This document shows, piece after piece, positions 40,401 to 53,727 of a DNA stretch of 64,000 bases (the first letter of the stretch is position 1; every line of letters starts with the position of its first letter). This DNA comes from Botryllus schlosseri (taxonomy: Eukaryota). Location of the stretch: the NCBI GenBank assembly GCA_051294905.1, contig CM119372.1, forward strand, positions 5,024,001-5,088,000, given 5' to 3'. The notes below the pieces were generated by a model, which saw only the letters and a list, made by a program, of their open reading frames with translations, was not told the DNA's origin and did no database searches. Position numbers and translations under genes: made by a program.

Positions 40401-42438
40401 GTCGGTGTTGATAATTCGCAAATTTGAACTAATGTTAGGCTAGTTAGGGGTTCGGTCAGGGTAGGTGTGGATTAGGATTTAGGGCCACGAATTCCACATG
40501 CCAAATTCACCAAGCGCAGAAGTGCTTGGCTTCGCTCGAGTCGATGAGAAAGATGGAGTGAATCGTAACTCCGAGACAAATTCTCGAGACAATTTTTCCA
40601 ACTCAACACTTTGCAAAAAACTTCTGAAGTATTCTCACAGTCGCACTAGAGGTGATCGATGCCATTCTTAAATTTTTGAGTTTCGTCCCGTGTACATTTT
40701 CAATATGGCCGTAGCTGTTGTCAAAATGGCCTTCACTGGAATCTGCATCGCATCCACGGATTTAAAGAAACAGCTCCGACTCAAATGTTTGATGGCTTGA
40801 GATTGACCAGAGTCATGATTTCCAGCGATTCAAAATCACTCGAAGGTAGTGACTTGAAGCCAATTCCTGATTGGAATGAAACCCAACAGAAATCAAGTAT
40901 AGTTCATATCAAACCAGAGTTCATTCTCGTGAGCGTGAGATTGGAAAATGTGTGTACATTGAGCTCGACTCGTTTTGCTCTATACCTGGAGTGGCCAACC
41001 CGTGGACCGTGGGCTACATTTGGTTTTGAGTGGCCATCGAGGTAATTCTCAAAATTAGTTACATATCAAAAAATAAATTATCCAGGTAATTTATGATGAT
41101 CTTGCGAGGCCAACCAAAAGTTTGATTAGCCTGACCGTGAAATTTGGGACATTGCTGACTAAAATATCAGTTCCGACGCGTTCGCCGTGAAGTAGAATAT
41201 TTCGTGGCAAATTTATTTGACTTAATGTTTTTCTTATCGCTTCACGCGATTTATTGTCACTCGATTTCTTGCTTTCAGTATTGGTGCCCACTCCCGAAAA
41301 TTAAAAATACGCATGATTTACAGAATTGAGTCAACTATATCCGCAATTATAAGAGAACTGTTGTCAAACATACGAATTAGCGTCTGCACGCGCTGAAAGA
41401 TCGTCGGCGACGCAACATTTGCACAAAATGACAGAGACGCATGTTCGCCAAAATCTTCGATATTGATATGTCCGAGCTCAGAATCATCCTGTCCTTTATC
41501 AAATAGGAACAGCGGCATACAAGGCGACCCAAAATATATGCTAATAACTAGGGCAAGTTTTTGTTAAAAGCATTACTTCGGTGCTGATTTACGGTGTTTC
41601 AGTCGAATTTGGCCGTGTATTTCACTAAAATCGAAAATACTTTCACGATAAATCGAAAAAGTTGCAAAATGTTGCAAAAAGTTGCATGAAAAAAATGGAC
41701 AAAAGTTGCACTATAAGATTCCTTCAAACAGCTTAAAACAGCATTCTACATATCTTACGAGTATTTTGGAAGCTGCCGGAAGCTGTAAAAAAAGTTGCAA
41801 AAATTTGCCCTACTAATAACATTGTTTTTGACCGAATTCATTCATTACCTTTTAATAAATTTAGCGCTATACGCGGCTAGGAGAAGAATGAATGCTCACA
41901 GTTTCGATGTCATCATTGTTATCGATTTTGATGTGTAATAATATATATCTTGTTCTCACCGTTACCTAGTCCGGTTCGCTCCTATCGGACGTCAAAAAAA
42001 AGGTCATCCACATTAAAGTGGCCCGCGCAATGATTCGGAAATCTCATGTGACCCTTTGGCCGAAAAGGTTGGTCACCCCTGCTCTTGACAGTTTTCTTGA
42101 AGCATTTTCAGGAAAACCGGGAATTGAATTCAAATTAAAATCTTGAGCATCGATACATTTATAAATAGACTATTCTAATTAGTAAAGTAATTGCTGCTGT
42201 CCAAATACGTAGGTAGTCGACCGATATTTATCATTTTTATTGCGTCTCGACAGAGCAACCTTGCTGCAAAGCGCTCTACGACTTTGAAGCGGAAAACGAA
42301 GGCGAACTCGGTTTCGAAGAGGGCGACGTGATCACGCTGACGTCGCAAATCGATGACAATTGGTACGAGGGTATGCTGAAGGACAAGCTCGGCTTTTTCC
42401 CGGTCAACTACGTCGAAGTCGTAGTGCCTTTGCCTTGA
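34446..42438 (+). CDS. SH3GL2: Endophilin A (N-BAR + SH3), ~362 aa
   Basis: Exons 34446-34487, 34556-34627, 34876-34995, 35333-35429, 36376-36509, 37254-37311, [37724-37824 or 38651-38751], 39765-39899, 40234-40378, 42254-42438. Diagnostic peptides [45 protein letters not shown] and SH3 [20 protein letters not shown]...WYEG...GFFPVNYV. The symbol stands for the SH3GL1/2/3 co-orthologue. Confidence 0.95.
37724..37824 (+). CDS. Endophilin A alternative exon 7a
   Basis: AG acceptor at 37722-37723 and GTGAGT donor; 101 nt, phase 1-0; encodes (G)[33 protein letters not shown]. Confidence 0.8.
38651..38751 (+). CDS. Endophilin A alternative exon 7b
   Basis: CAG acceptor and GTGAGT donor; 101 nt, phase 1-0; encodes (G)[33 protein letters not shown], the copy closer to canonical endophilin A. 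Confidence 0.88.
40986..42081. mobile_element. Old hAT-like element in the last endophilin intron
   Basis: Termini ctggagtggccaacc / ggttggtcacccctg; degenerate TSD ctctatac / ctcttgac. Confidence 0.7.
41549..41812. mobile_element. MITE family 'tagggcaagtttttg', copy 2, nested in the 40986-42081 element
   Basis: Perfect TSD ctaataac. Confidence 0.88.
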
Positions 42439-43421
42439 AGGAACCGGGCCGTGTCGAGTTTACATGGCGCTATCGAAATCTAGCAAGCTTATCTTCCAGC
42501 GTTTTCTAGACATTGGATTAACGGACTTCCGATAGTCAGAAAGTTACCTACGTACTCCACGATAATATACAATGCATTGAAATTTGGTCGCTCTGGTATT
42601 TGCGTGCTGCTCGCAAAGCGGGACACGCAACGAGCGGCCGTACGCATAGAGACATCGTTATCAACCATATGCTATCGCACTTGTATCTGTTCATTTTGTT
42701 TAGAAGATTTTTCCGATATTTACGATTGCCAGGCATTTGAGCAACAAGCATGCGGCCCAACGAAAATCGACAGTTGAGCATGTGACTATATCGGCACTGT
42801 GGACTGTGGAGTCAAAGTAGCTTATGACCCATTTTTACATTTTGAGGAAATTAACTTGTGTAAAGTTTTCACTTTCTTTTGGCCACCTCTTGGCCGTGAT
42901 TAACTTTGAAACAATGTGATAAACATAAAGCTATAAACATTAAGTTCATTTTACAAAAACTAGATTTTCTGTAATTTTGAAAAACGGACATTAGCTACTT
43001 CGATTCCTGCTACTGTGATGATAAAATCACCAACCCCGAAGTTATCCCAAACCCAACCCTATGACTGACCTAACCATATCTTGCATCCCCATGCCCAAGT
43101 GTCGGATGTTATTTTGCCGCATGCGCGTATGTCCGCATACCCACATACCATTTACAACACTAGCGGAATGTCAATACCGTGATGAATCCGCAATAATGCT
43201 ACTTTGATGTAGCGTACCTTTGTCGTATGGTTTCACGCGTGCAATTGCAAATAATCGTGTAAATCTTTTGTCTCCTCCGAGTCCGGTCAATTTTCGATTG
43301 CGGGCAGGCCCTCGGCCGAAGTATCATGTTACTCAACGCAGGGCAGCAGCCGCGGACATGGTAATTAGATGTGAATGCCTATGACATAGACACAGACGAG
43401 TGCTACTGTACAGTTTTATGC

Positions 43422-43880
43422 TAGGCTTACCATACGTCCTCTTTTAAGAGGATTTGTCCTCTTTTTTGACTTTTTTGAAAGTGTCCTCGGAGGACGCCCT
43501 TTTGTCCTCTTTTTTGAGATTTTGTCCTCTTTTTTAGGATTTAGAGCAGATTTAGAGCAAATTGCGAGTGATATGCCACATAGTAGCACAGACGTGAAGC
43601 TCCGACGGGTGAAAAACGGGGATTTTAGCTCTGAGCGAAAAGATGACTTTTTTTTATTTTTTTATTTTTTAGTCATCCACCTGGCAATGTGGGGAGAAAA
43701 ACGGTATTTTGAGTTCTGAGCGGAAGAGATGACCTTTTTTTTTTTTTTTTTTTTTTTTTAGTTAACCAGTCACAAAGTGGGAAAAATTAACCGGTTTTTG
43801 AGAATTCTACTCCGATTTTGAAAGTTGGAAATTTATGAAAAAGTGTCCTCTTTTTAGATTTCCAAAATATGGTAAGCCTA
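43422..43880. mobile_element. MITE family 'taggcttaccata', copy 2 (inverted); fragments at ~55191-55520, ~57624-57740, ~63714-63971
   Basis: Perfect TSD ttttatgc; reverse complement of 28620-29049. Confidence 0.9.
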
Positions 43881-45369
43881 TTTTATGCATATTCCGAAAG
43901 TATTCGCTCATACTGGAAGTGCCCCTTACTGCCTGGAATCTACCTGATATTTCTGTAGGAACGAGGTTGCTAGAAATCTAGCCTTGACACACGTACCTTC
44001 ACATCCTTTAATAGAAGTTTTGCCCCAATCCGCGTTATGCAATTCTCTATAGTCGTGTGTATTCATATAAATATATAATCACAGTAATTGGACATGAGTG
44101 TCTTGGTGAACCGTTCATTCCCACTTCTCTCATCTGGTAAATATGGCTCGACCGGTAGATGTGTTACTATGAGAGGAACCGTTTGAATTCATATGCCACG
44201 TGCACTATAGTTTGCGTTCCATGATTCTTCTCGTAATTTTACGCCTGTGTTATGTAATCGCATATGTAGCACTATTTCGACAACCTTCGTGCATTTTCAA
44301 CAAAGCGTAATAAAATCCTTCTATGTAAAACGCGACAATGTGACTTGAATGGTCTTACTGACGCCTTTGGTAAGCCTGCTGCTGTGGCCTAGTGATGATT
44401 TCCTGTCTCTTAGCAAGCAAGCTCTCCGTTGAATTCTGTTCGGCATTGTTTTAAATAGGCAGCACAATTGAATTTTGACTTTCTGAGTCATGCAGTGGTC
44501 TCGTGACAGCGGGAAAGGCGAAGCCTCCGTCACTTACGGACGAAATGCAGCTATTGCTTGATTTGCCGACCAAAGAATTAAGCCAAGTCTGTATTATGCG
44601 AGGCCGTGCGAAAATATACCGACCAAAGAGGCGGCACCGCTCTCCAGGTGCTATGCCTTATCGGAGCAGGTCAATAAATAATATATTTGGTATTTGAAGT
44701 TGCTGTGACCATTGACTAGTGGTGGAGCTAGGGTGGCGATACTATCATTTGCCTCGGAGAAAACGAAGAAAATGTTCACAATGAATCTGTGACAATGTAG
44801 CCTACGACTGTCCGACGTACGTAGGCTACATGTGCTTGCCGACAAAATTTCACACACAGCCAAAAAAAAATGATACCGACTCTTGACTATGGCGTTGACA
44901 ACGTCGGATGGATACATCCATCAATTCGGTTTACCCATCGTATCAAGGGTCGGTTCTTTAGGCAGTAAATCACGCAGTGAGGTAGATGGACGTTTGATCT
45001 TGAATCGGGATAAATAATTAGAAGTCAAGTGAGAGAGAGCATGTCATTCTGATCTCATTTACCGCATTGAGGCACCAAAATCATCAGTATCGAGGCTTTT
45101 GGGGTAGGCGGTCGCTTAGGGCTCCTGGTTGATTTGCGCCCTTTCGAAGGCCCCCTTCTCGGTTTACTCGCTATCATCATCTCGCGAATAACCGTTCAAC
45201 TTATGGTGTAGGCCTACACATGAAGAATGGTACCGTAAATAGGGTTCAAACCTCTACAAGTCTAGATCCGTCCCAAATAACCCTTATTACTTGTTGTTTG
45301 TATGCTATGTAGGCTACATTTTTCGATTTGCTAAATTCCCCTTCTTAATTTTCGCGATTAGCTGTAGGC

Positions 45370-45671
45370 CAGTGGTTCCCAACCTTTTTCGACTCATCGG
45401 CCCCTTTTCAAGCTCAACGCCGATCATCGCCCCCCAGATTTTGTGAACCGAAATATCGGTATACAATCTGTAATCATCGGCGGGTTGACTAAAAAAAAAG
45501 TCATGTCTCCGACTTGACTCCCATATAGCCGTTTTAACGCGTCATCGCCCCCCTCGCTATTTTCGCCCCCTTTGTCCATTTTCTCCCCCTATCGCCCCTT
45601 CGTCATTTTCGCCCCCCCTAGGCCGCCAAATCGCCCCCTGGGGGGGATATCGCCCACGTTGGGAACCACTG
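45370..45671. mobile_element. hAT-like MITE with internal tcgccccc repeats
   Basis: TIR cagtggttcccaac / gttgggaaccactg; perfect TSD ctgtaggc. Confidence 0.9.
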
Positions 45672-45699
45672 CTGTAGGCTAAGGCATCTGAATGCTCAA

Positions 45700-45985
45700 G
45701 AACGCCCCCGGTCAATTTACGCGCTTTTAATAGACCCCCTCCTGAATTTTACACGTGAATTGGTTGTTATACCCCTGAAGAATGGCCAATCCTCAAATCT
45801 CTGCGTCGGTTACGTTAGAAGTAGCCTACCCCTAATTACTTTGTTTTTATGGGCTCTATTCATTTCGATATCAGCGAAACGGCCCTCTTCCTGCATTTAC
45901 GCGATTAGCGGAAGCTTTGGAAGGCTCCCTTGGTTGATTTACGCGCTTTTAAAGGCTTCCCTGCATTTATACGCTATTTTTGTTC
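45700..45985. repeat. Degenerate minisatellite (atttacgcgctttt ... cccctcctg units)
   Basis: Recurrent atttacgcg(c/a)tt at ~45716, ~45896, ~45937, ~45965. Confidence 0.55.
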
Positions 45986-48555
45986 CTATAATTTTGCGAA
46001 CGAGCGCAAAAGTTCGTGTACCCATTAATTAAGAGCTTTGTTTTGATTTAGGACGAGTATAATACCAAGTTAGTAATGTTTGGCCGAGAGCGGGGTCTGG
46101 GCCCTCATAAGTTTATTTAGATACCCCGCCCCCAATCGCAGGGCCCCCACTGGCGATTATATCAAGCTGCCATATTCCGAGTCAAGTCGTAGTACTGGAC
46201 TGGGCCCACAATCTAATAAGGCGACCTGATTGGCCTACACAGTTGGGTTGCATTAAAACAAAAATCAATTTAAAACAAACGTGTCCCTATTGTTTAAGAC
46301 ATGTTTTTGTTGCTTTTTTTCGTTCTAGCCATGACGTCACGAATCTTTAATTGTAATGTCATAGTCGATTGACATTGATAATTGAAAATATAAGATAAAT
46401 AATATGGCTCCTCCGACAACTGTCATAAACAGACAAAAAATATCTTTAACCAGGACTACATCGTTCTGCAGCATTTCTACGATCGGCGGTCAGCATAAAA
46501 AAATACATTCCGTATCAATTATTATCTATAGCCTATATACTTGCTATAACTGTCGAACCATCGATGATTTCGAAGGTTCCAGCCGCTCCATATACGTCGA
46601 TTGTATTGGGTGCTCATTGCTCATATTACATGTTGTTTGAAAGTACTTGCACAATCATACGTTTGAAAAAATTATATCGTTTTTTCAATAAGGCATAACA
46701 TCATTTTTTTAATGCAACCCTACAGATACAGTGTCTCAGACCTTTCCCCGACGGTTCGTACGGTTCACGAATTGCAGGACCAGCCACAGTCACAAAAGAT
46801 GTAGTTGCGATCTTGGACGCTCGCCATTTAATAACACCTTGCTATCCGTCACACCGGATCGCAATGTCAGGACCATTTTCGTCTGTGTCATCGTTTAGAG
46901 CAGTGGTTCTCAAACTTTTTTTAGACACGCCGCCCTTTATGATAGTGAAAAATTTCGCCCCCCACCCCTCCTTATTGTCATATCACAAAATGTAACACAA
47001 TGCTAGCAATCCCAACGGATAGTTTGAAGGCATGGAAGGTTACGACTGTTGATGAGAGAATGCTCATATATGAAATTCGGACTATATATAAACAGAGCAA
47101 CAACAATGAATTTGAGGTAAATCGCGCAAATAAAAAATTAAACCGCAGCTCCGCGCCCCCTATAGATGCATTCACGCCCCCCCCCCCCCAAGGAGGATCA
47201 CTGGATTAGGACGCTGAATTGTAGCAGCCAATTCTCCTCGATAAGTATCAAGTAGTATTTCGTCAAGATTCCCGGTAAGAATGTATTGGCAACAGCATCA
47301 TACGTCTCATACGTCAGTCGTTTCCTATATATTGATTCGGTAATGTATCGACCTACTTCAAACCAATTTTGCCTCGCGGATTACCTCGCCTATCGTGTCA
47401 CGAACAATTCGACAATCGATGCCCGCAACTCGCCGTCACTGCCTTCGTGTTCATTGTTTGTGCCGCAAGTACTTCATTCCGATATCAGGGCGGCGCTATT
47501 TACCAAAGAGGCAGGATTGTGGAAACGCCTTGCTTGGCAAATGAAACTTTGACAGCTGTACCGTTGCGTCTCAAAATCATACCTACAGCAGTGTTGTGTA
47601 ATCTAAATCACGGCAAATCAGAGACATCTCTATTTTGTTACAGTCGGACTCGGCGGTAATTTTCCATCCCGTCCGATCGATATTTTGCCAACCGCACTGC
47701 GTATCAACGGTTTCGCTATCGACCTATTTCCTCAACCATGTATTATTCATAACCGACGAAGAGAAATAAGACAATGAGCAGGGGATAATACGAAACCGTC
47801 TCCATATTTTGACATGTCGTGAATTCTCTGTTAGCTGCCATACAGGAAACATATGCCTACGCTCAAAATATCGCTATGCTACGCATCTTCACGTATTAAC
47901 CACGAACACTTATGTCATTACTTTGACACGTAAAGTCACATACACAACAGATCGCTTTATTCTATTGTAATGCATGACCGGAATGTAACATACAAGACAC
48001 GCATTCGGGTACGGCAGCTGCTTGTCTGGCACGTTTTTACAATCCAAGTACAAGATAACAATAAATACGATTACACAAATTGCGAGACGAAAAACTAAAA
48101 CTAGTATTGCACAATGCACGGTATCCCATAACCCTCAAATGAAGGTAAGTTATATCTGTCAGCTACATCACTAATTGTTAATTGCAACTCCCCGCGAATC
48201 AATCATAAGGCGATACTGAACAGACAGGACGAAATTGCATGCAAATAAATCCTACAGAACATACAAATTTTATGCTACCATGCCGCCATACGACAGCGAG
48301 GGAACCATGACTGGAGGGAATTTTCGCTACAAATTCACCTGACTGAAATAAAATTTTAGGTCATACGGAGAAGGCCAAGGAAACGCATCTTAATAAACCA
48401 ATGATGCAAAGTAAGTTGCCTCTGGCTTGAGCATTCAGGGTGAGCACTGGGCAATGGGTATGCTCAGTTCATTCAACACTGATGGCATCACTTATCAGAA
48501 CACAAACAGCCGTTCCTGATGGGTGCTATGAAGTGATATCGCCACATCAACCCAG

Positions 48556-48960
48556 TAGTGCGGAGCATGGACTGGAGCCGGATTGGATATCCGGCCGGAT
48601 TTTTTCAATTTTGGCCGGACCAGATTGGAGCCGGATCAGTACTTTTTCTGATACGGCCGGAGCCGGATCAGTACTTTTTTGATAAAGCCGGAATCCTTAT
48701 GGATAAGCATGACGTTTGTAACTAAATAACTACCAGCCAACAACACGCAAGTAACCGCCAAGCCAGTGCGAAAAGAAATGAACCATATTTTTAAATTCAC
48801 CGAACCACCGTTCCGTGTTGGGCCGGATTTCCGGCAGGACTTTTTCATTTTTGGCCAGAGCCGGATCAGTACTTTTTCCTGATACGGCCGGAGCCGGACC
48901 AGAGAATTGGCAAACCGGATCGGAGCCGGACCAGAGAATTTGTCGATCCGCTCCGCACTA
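48556..48960. mobile_element. MITE with gccggagccggatc repeats
   Basis: TIR tagtgcggagc / gctccgcacta; perfect TSD caacccag. Confidence 0.9.
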
Positions 48961-50206
48961 CAACCCAGTCGTATGTAGGCCACAAGTACATTACGCACAA
49001 TTACATTAATACTACCATGAAACAATTGAAAAGCATTTCAGCATAGTGCATACAACTGAAGATCAAGCACAGACACAAGAGAACTTGGAGATTGTCAAAA
49101 TATAGCATTATAGCCTATAATACAATAGGAATCTCTGTATGGTACAAAATGTCACACAATCAACTGATGCTGAGACGAGTATGAATGCAATTAAAACCAA
49201 AAAAATAGCCGAACATTTACACAGTCCATAACAATGCTGCAAATATAGAACGTATCCAAGGTCGATTCAAGAACTGAAGCTACGAGAAACAATATGCATT
49301 GATTAGAATGACCACATCCAGCAAAAAGATAATTAGCTGGCGTGTCCCACTGCTGATACACATGTGCAATTCAAGGAATTGAAAGTTCAAAAGTGAAAGA
49401 ATAGTATCAGGTTCATTTCATGCGTTTTGTGAAAAATTTCTAGCATGTCGCAAACCTTGAGCAGCTGAGAAGTGTATCGAATCAAGCACCAATTTCCAAA
49501 TTCTAGAATATTTGTGCAAATTTTGGAAAGTGAGACTTTCAAGTAACCTATGTAAGAGTGTAACGTTTACCATATCGTAAATAAATAGTCGTTGATGCTG
49601 TGCAAATATACTTCAATCAATCATAAATAACGTGTCGTAACCAAAATAACAGAATATTTGTAATTGTTAAAACGCTGATGGATAAGTGCCTATTACTGAA
49701 TCCGGCCACAACTACTTGAGTACTCCCAGTCGAGTAGTGAGGGTCGATGGTTTCGAGTAACAAAAATATACAGATATGTTCGCAACAAGAGTTATTTTAT
49801 CAACGATAAATCTAGTTTCTACTGTGTGATCCTGAAAACTCAATCATTTTAAGCTTGGCATCCAAAAGACTGCACAGAGCACAATGCACACACTTTCACC
49901 GGCGCTATGAAATCGACATGATCTAGAACAGAGGAGGGCAACCTTTTTGCTATTCACGGCTGTATTTCGATTACTTAAGCAGCCTACGGCAGCATTCCTA
50001 GGCATAGCTGTCATGAGCTAACTGGATGCAAAACATGTTAAACTGCCCATGTACATTTCCGGTGAACTCTGGACTGCTATACTCTTCATATCAGCCTGTT
50101 ATACGCACCCAAATCATGAGCGTAATGTTATGAATAGTTACTGGGATCGGTTAAGGTTCACGAATCACCCAGTTACACGATTTTTCCCAACCCTACCTGT
50201 TAGCCT

Positions 50207-52318
50207 TCAGTGCCGCAAAGTCTTCAGTATCGCGTTTACCTCATCAGCGACAGCCGTCAGGGCAAATTCAAACTGATCCTTATTCGCAACCATGCCCACA
50301 CGCTGATCTCTAATATGCTCCAAAGTAGCGGCAATATCAATCTCCTTCGCACCCTTGAGCATTCGATTGATAGCGAGATCAAGAAGTATGTAAGTGCCAG
50401 TTCTACCGACTCCGTCGCTGCAATGAACCAACACAGGAGAGTTATGAGCTTTGCTGCATTTTGTAACTTTACGACGTAACTCCAATAGAGGTTTCGGTGT
50501 CGAAGGAACACTGTCCTTGGGCCAGGAGAGAAAGTGGAATTGTGTCACCGTGCGAGTTTCCCCCGTCACCAAATGTTTGAGGTACAGGCTTCGCACGAGG
50601 TAATCATCACACCAAATATGTTCAGACACGAGATTGATTTCAAAGTTGTGATATGTACAGGAGCCTTCATCGGGCCAGTATCTAGCACACTGGCTGACAC
50701 CTTCCTCAACCAAAGCAGTTAGCATGACTACAGACACGCAGCCCTGTTCCCAAATCATCTGCCAAAAATCTGGGACGGTGGAGAGAAGAGGGCCTTGTGC
50801 GGCGATATACAAAGGTCGTTTTCTGTCATTGTCGATAATCTTACTGGCGTTGATGTAATCGCTGCCAATATGATTATCAGAACTCGACAGTTCAACGCGG
50901 TTAGCGTCATACGGAAGTGCACTGTGTGAACAATTTTTCAAGCTGTTTTCCGAAGAGTTTGCTACATTCGTAGTGACATTATCAGCTTCGTAACTACAAA
51001 TCTCCTCCCATTCTTCATCAAGTCTGTTCAATATCAGATGGTCCTCCATGTAAGACAAAAGGACATGCGCCGTGGTAATATCTAAGTTTGCAGTCACTGG
51101 TTCTTCACTCCAAGATACGGATGAGACACTTGAATTCCTGGTGGTGTAGTCACGGCTCATGTTTTGCTCTGCGCTGCTTGGCATTGATCTCTTTTTCAAT
51201 GATTTAGACGCAATGCCATCGTAATCTTCATCAATAAGATTAGATTCCGCGTCGATCTCGGAATTCTCATTGGCGTACCGCTGTCGGCAGAGATCTTCAT
51301 AATCATCGCCGTTAGGGTTAGTCATGCTTTCGAGAAACTTCAAATCTTGCTGCTTTTTTCTCCGACAGGCGTAGTAGATGCAGCTTACGATTGTAACTAA
51401 AATTATCAAGATTACGGTAGTACCTACAATGATAAGCACGATGTATAAGGTATCTTTTTGTATCTTCGAACTGTCTGTGGAACGGCTGGAGGTCGAGAAG
51501 TCTGAAGCTACGCTTTTGGCAGTTTTGGGCAATACTGGAATCTGCTCCTGCGCTTCCAGCTCAGTGTTTTGAGATTCTGAGGGAACCTCTTCTATTGCGT
51601 CATCAGAAACATCAGAGTCATGGAAATGCCTCGATTTTTTACTATCCTGTTTGCTCGACAACATAGATTGTTGTGCATTGGGCATTATATTGCTGTCGCG
51701 AGGTTTTGATTCAAGTAAAATCCCTTGCTTAAATTCTTTAGGATGTGCACGATTGTTGTGCTCAATCTGATCCTTTCTTATGACGTTTGCCAAATATTCG
51801 ATCAACATGTCAATTTCATCTTCACGCAGATCTTTCAACTTCTTTCCTTTCTTCGCAAGCGCATCTTGAACTTTATCTAGTAATTTGATGACACGTTGAT
51901 GAATTTCTTGCTTGTGTTTCTCTTCTCTTATCTCAGCATCTGATATTAGACCCATGGAATCTGCACTAGCGTCATCGAGTGCAGGCACGTCATGGTTGCT
52001 ACTGGAGCGATATTCTCGGCGTTCCGGCCTCTTCAAGTATCTGTCATTGTATTCCATATTACTTGATTTTGGAGCATCGTCACTCTTGTACGAGTCCAAG
52101 GCTCTCAATATTGGCAGTTTATATGCTTCCAAATTACCATCAATGGAGCTGCTACGTTGTCGGGCCGGTGTTTGGCAATATCCAGTGACGCCGTCACAAT
52201 CCTCAGGGGGGACGCAAACACTTGGCGTGAATATGCATCCGTACCGTCCGCTGTTGTAATTTGAGTCTACTTCTGAAGCCAGCGGCAGAAGCAGTAATGC
52301 TACGTAAAGGAGCATCAT
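50207..52318 (-). CDS. PTPRN: Receptor-type PTP-like N (IA-2/phogrin family) pseudophosphatase, single coding exon, 703 aa
   Basis: Signal peptide; N-terminal Cys motif GCIFTPSVC...CDGVTGYCQ; one TM helix; [38 protein letters not shown] domain with [15 protein letters not shown] and [11 protein letters not shown]-terminus [10 protein letters not shown]. The symbol stands for the PTPRN/PTPRN2 co-orthologue. Confidence 0.96.
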   Translation of the reverse strand: MMLLYVALLLLPLASEVDSNYNSGRYGCIFTPSVCVPPEDCDGVTGYCQTPARQRSSSIDGNLEAYKLPILRALDSYKSDDAPKSSNMEYNDRYLKRPERREYRSSSNHDVPALDDASADSMGLISDAEIREEKHKQEIHQRVIKLLDKVQDALAKKGKKLKDLREDEIDMLIEYLANVIRKDQIEHNNRAHPKEFKQGILLESKPRDSNIMPNAQQSMLSSKQDSKKSRHFHDSDVSDDAIEEVPSESQNTELEAQEQIPVLPKTAKSVASDFSTSSRSTDSSKIQKDTLYIVLIIVGTTVILIILVTIVSCIYYACRRKKQQDLKFLESMTNPNGDDYEDLCRQRYANENSEIDAESNLIDEDYDGIASKSLKKRSMPSSAEQNMSRDYTTRNSSVSSVSWSEEPVTANLDITTAHVLLSYMEDHLILNRLDEEWEEICSYEADNVTTNVANSSENSLKNCSHSALPYDANRVELSSSDNHIGSDYINASKIIDNDRKRPLYIAAQGPLLSTVPDFWQMIWEQGCVSVVMLTALVEEGVSQCARYWPDEGSCTYHNFEINLVSEHIWCDDYLVRSLYLKHLVTGETRTVTQFHFLSWPKDSVPSTPKPLLELRRKVTKCSKAHNSPVLVHCSDGVGRTGTYILLDLAINRMLKGAKEIDIAATLEHIRDQRVGMVANKDQFEFALTAVADEVNAILKTLRH

Positions 52319-53210
52319 GACGATGTTATACTTTTCTGCTCCACAATTTTACAATTCGGTAGGCAGACCACAAAACGGAGTAAAATAATCCGCATCGCCG
52401 AACGGTAGACAGCGCGAACGCGATATTACTACTGCCAAGATCAAGATGGCGAACCCACAGAAATCATAATACTAATATCGAAGAAGTTCGGAAAATCTCA
52501 AGAGAGTCGATATTATTACGACATCACGCGGATGCCCCATCGCAAATAATGAAGTATGTCGTGCGGTAATATTATATATTGATTCGTCCAACTATAGTCG
52601 TTGCTGTAATCAGCTGTGATCCAACCGAAAAGAAAATTACATCAGCGTATGACAATCATACCAAAAGAAGCTTGACGGTGTAGGACAGGGTGTAATCGAT
52701 ATGTCTCTGGGTAGGGTCAACTGCTGAACACGTTCTGCAGTGCTCTGCATTAAAAAATGGAAATGTTATTTATATATTTGGTTGTGGTTGATTGGAGAAA
52801 ATATCGCCATTTAACTCTCGAAACATGCACGAACGCCGAACAGGTTATACGTCCGGGGTATATGATGTCGACCAGTTGCTCTAAAACCTAACAAAAGTGG
52901 TGCAAACATCTTTTCTACTTACAAAAAAATCGAAAATGTGAAACTTATGAGCCCTACTATAATTTTTCATGTTAAAAAAATATATCAACAGCAATTTATA
53001 TCGAAGCAGACCATAACCAAATTGCGGCGAAAATTGCCTCGGAGCTGACTTTTATTAAAATACGCCAACCAAGTCCGTGCCAACAGAATAAGGAGTTCGT
53101 GTACCATCCAAGAATAGTAGGCCTACATTGAAGTTAAAGCGCTCTCATTTCGCCCCGATTCTTCGAAATTTCATGCAGGTGACGTCATATTTTGTCATAC
53201 GATTGTTGTT

Positions 53211-53520
53211 GATCATCATCATCATTGGTTTATTAGCAATTTTTATCAGTTCAAACACCACAAAATGCGATATAATGATAAGATAGGAAGGTGTCGAAGC
53301 GACTGGAAGTAGTCTATGGAATCAGACACTCACCTTGGCCTAGGTGATGTAAAGAGGAGACATGCACACTGAATGAAAAGTAAAGGAAGATAGTAAAAGC
53401 AAGCGACAAAAATTGGGTGGTATATGTCACGGAAGGCGAGATCGATAGGTCAGGTCGTGGTTCGGTAATCATGAGGATTGACTAGTATTTAGGCTATTTA
53501 GTAGTATTTTGACTTAAATG
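53211..53520 (-). mobile_element. 3' tail of a LINE (or LINE-dependent SINE); copies ~2441-2790(-), 4296-4418+5999-6100(-), ~6503-6830(-), ~7848-8056(+), ~14400-14647(+), ~27975-28060(-)
   Basis: Copies share the 3' end (AATAAA plus (ATG)n or (ATA)n microsatellite tail) and are variably 5'-truncated; shared core ggtgtctgattccatagactac...tcgacaccttcctatc. Confidence 0.78.
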
Positions 53521-53727
53521 CTGTTGACATGCTCGTCGACTGTCGGATGGCCGGCGGGATACACTATTCCACACGTCAGGTCCGGCATAGTTTAGCGAGC
53601 GATTGATCGATGATATAAAATGTTATTTCCAATTCTCAGCTATAGCTGCTGGCGATTACCCTTGATGAGAGTCTAATTGCCTATAACCGGCGAGGCATAG
53701 CCTACATTTTTTGCCAACTATCTTTAG

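Noticed and set aside
48556..48960. CRISPR-like array (gccggagccggatc repeats)
   Set aside because: Eukaryotic context, irregular spacing, no unique spacers; bounded by TIRs and an 8-bp TSD.
50207..52318. Processed pseudogene interpretation of PTPRN
   Set aside because: ORF intact over 703 codons with signal peptide, TM helix and a conserved PTP domain; the catalytic substitutions are typical of the family.
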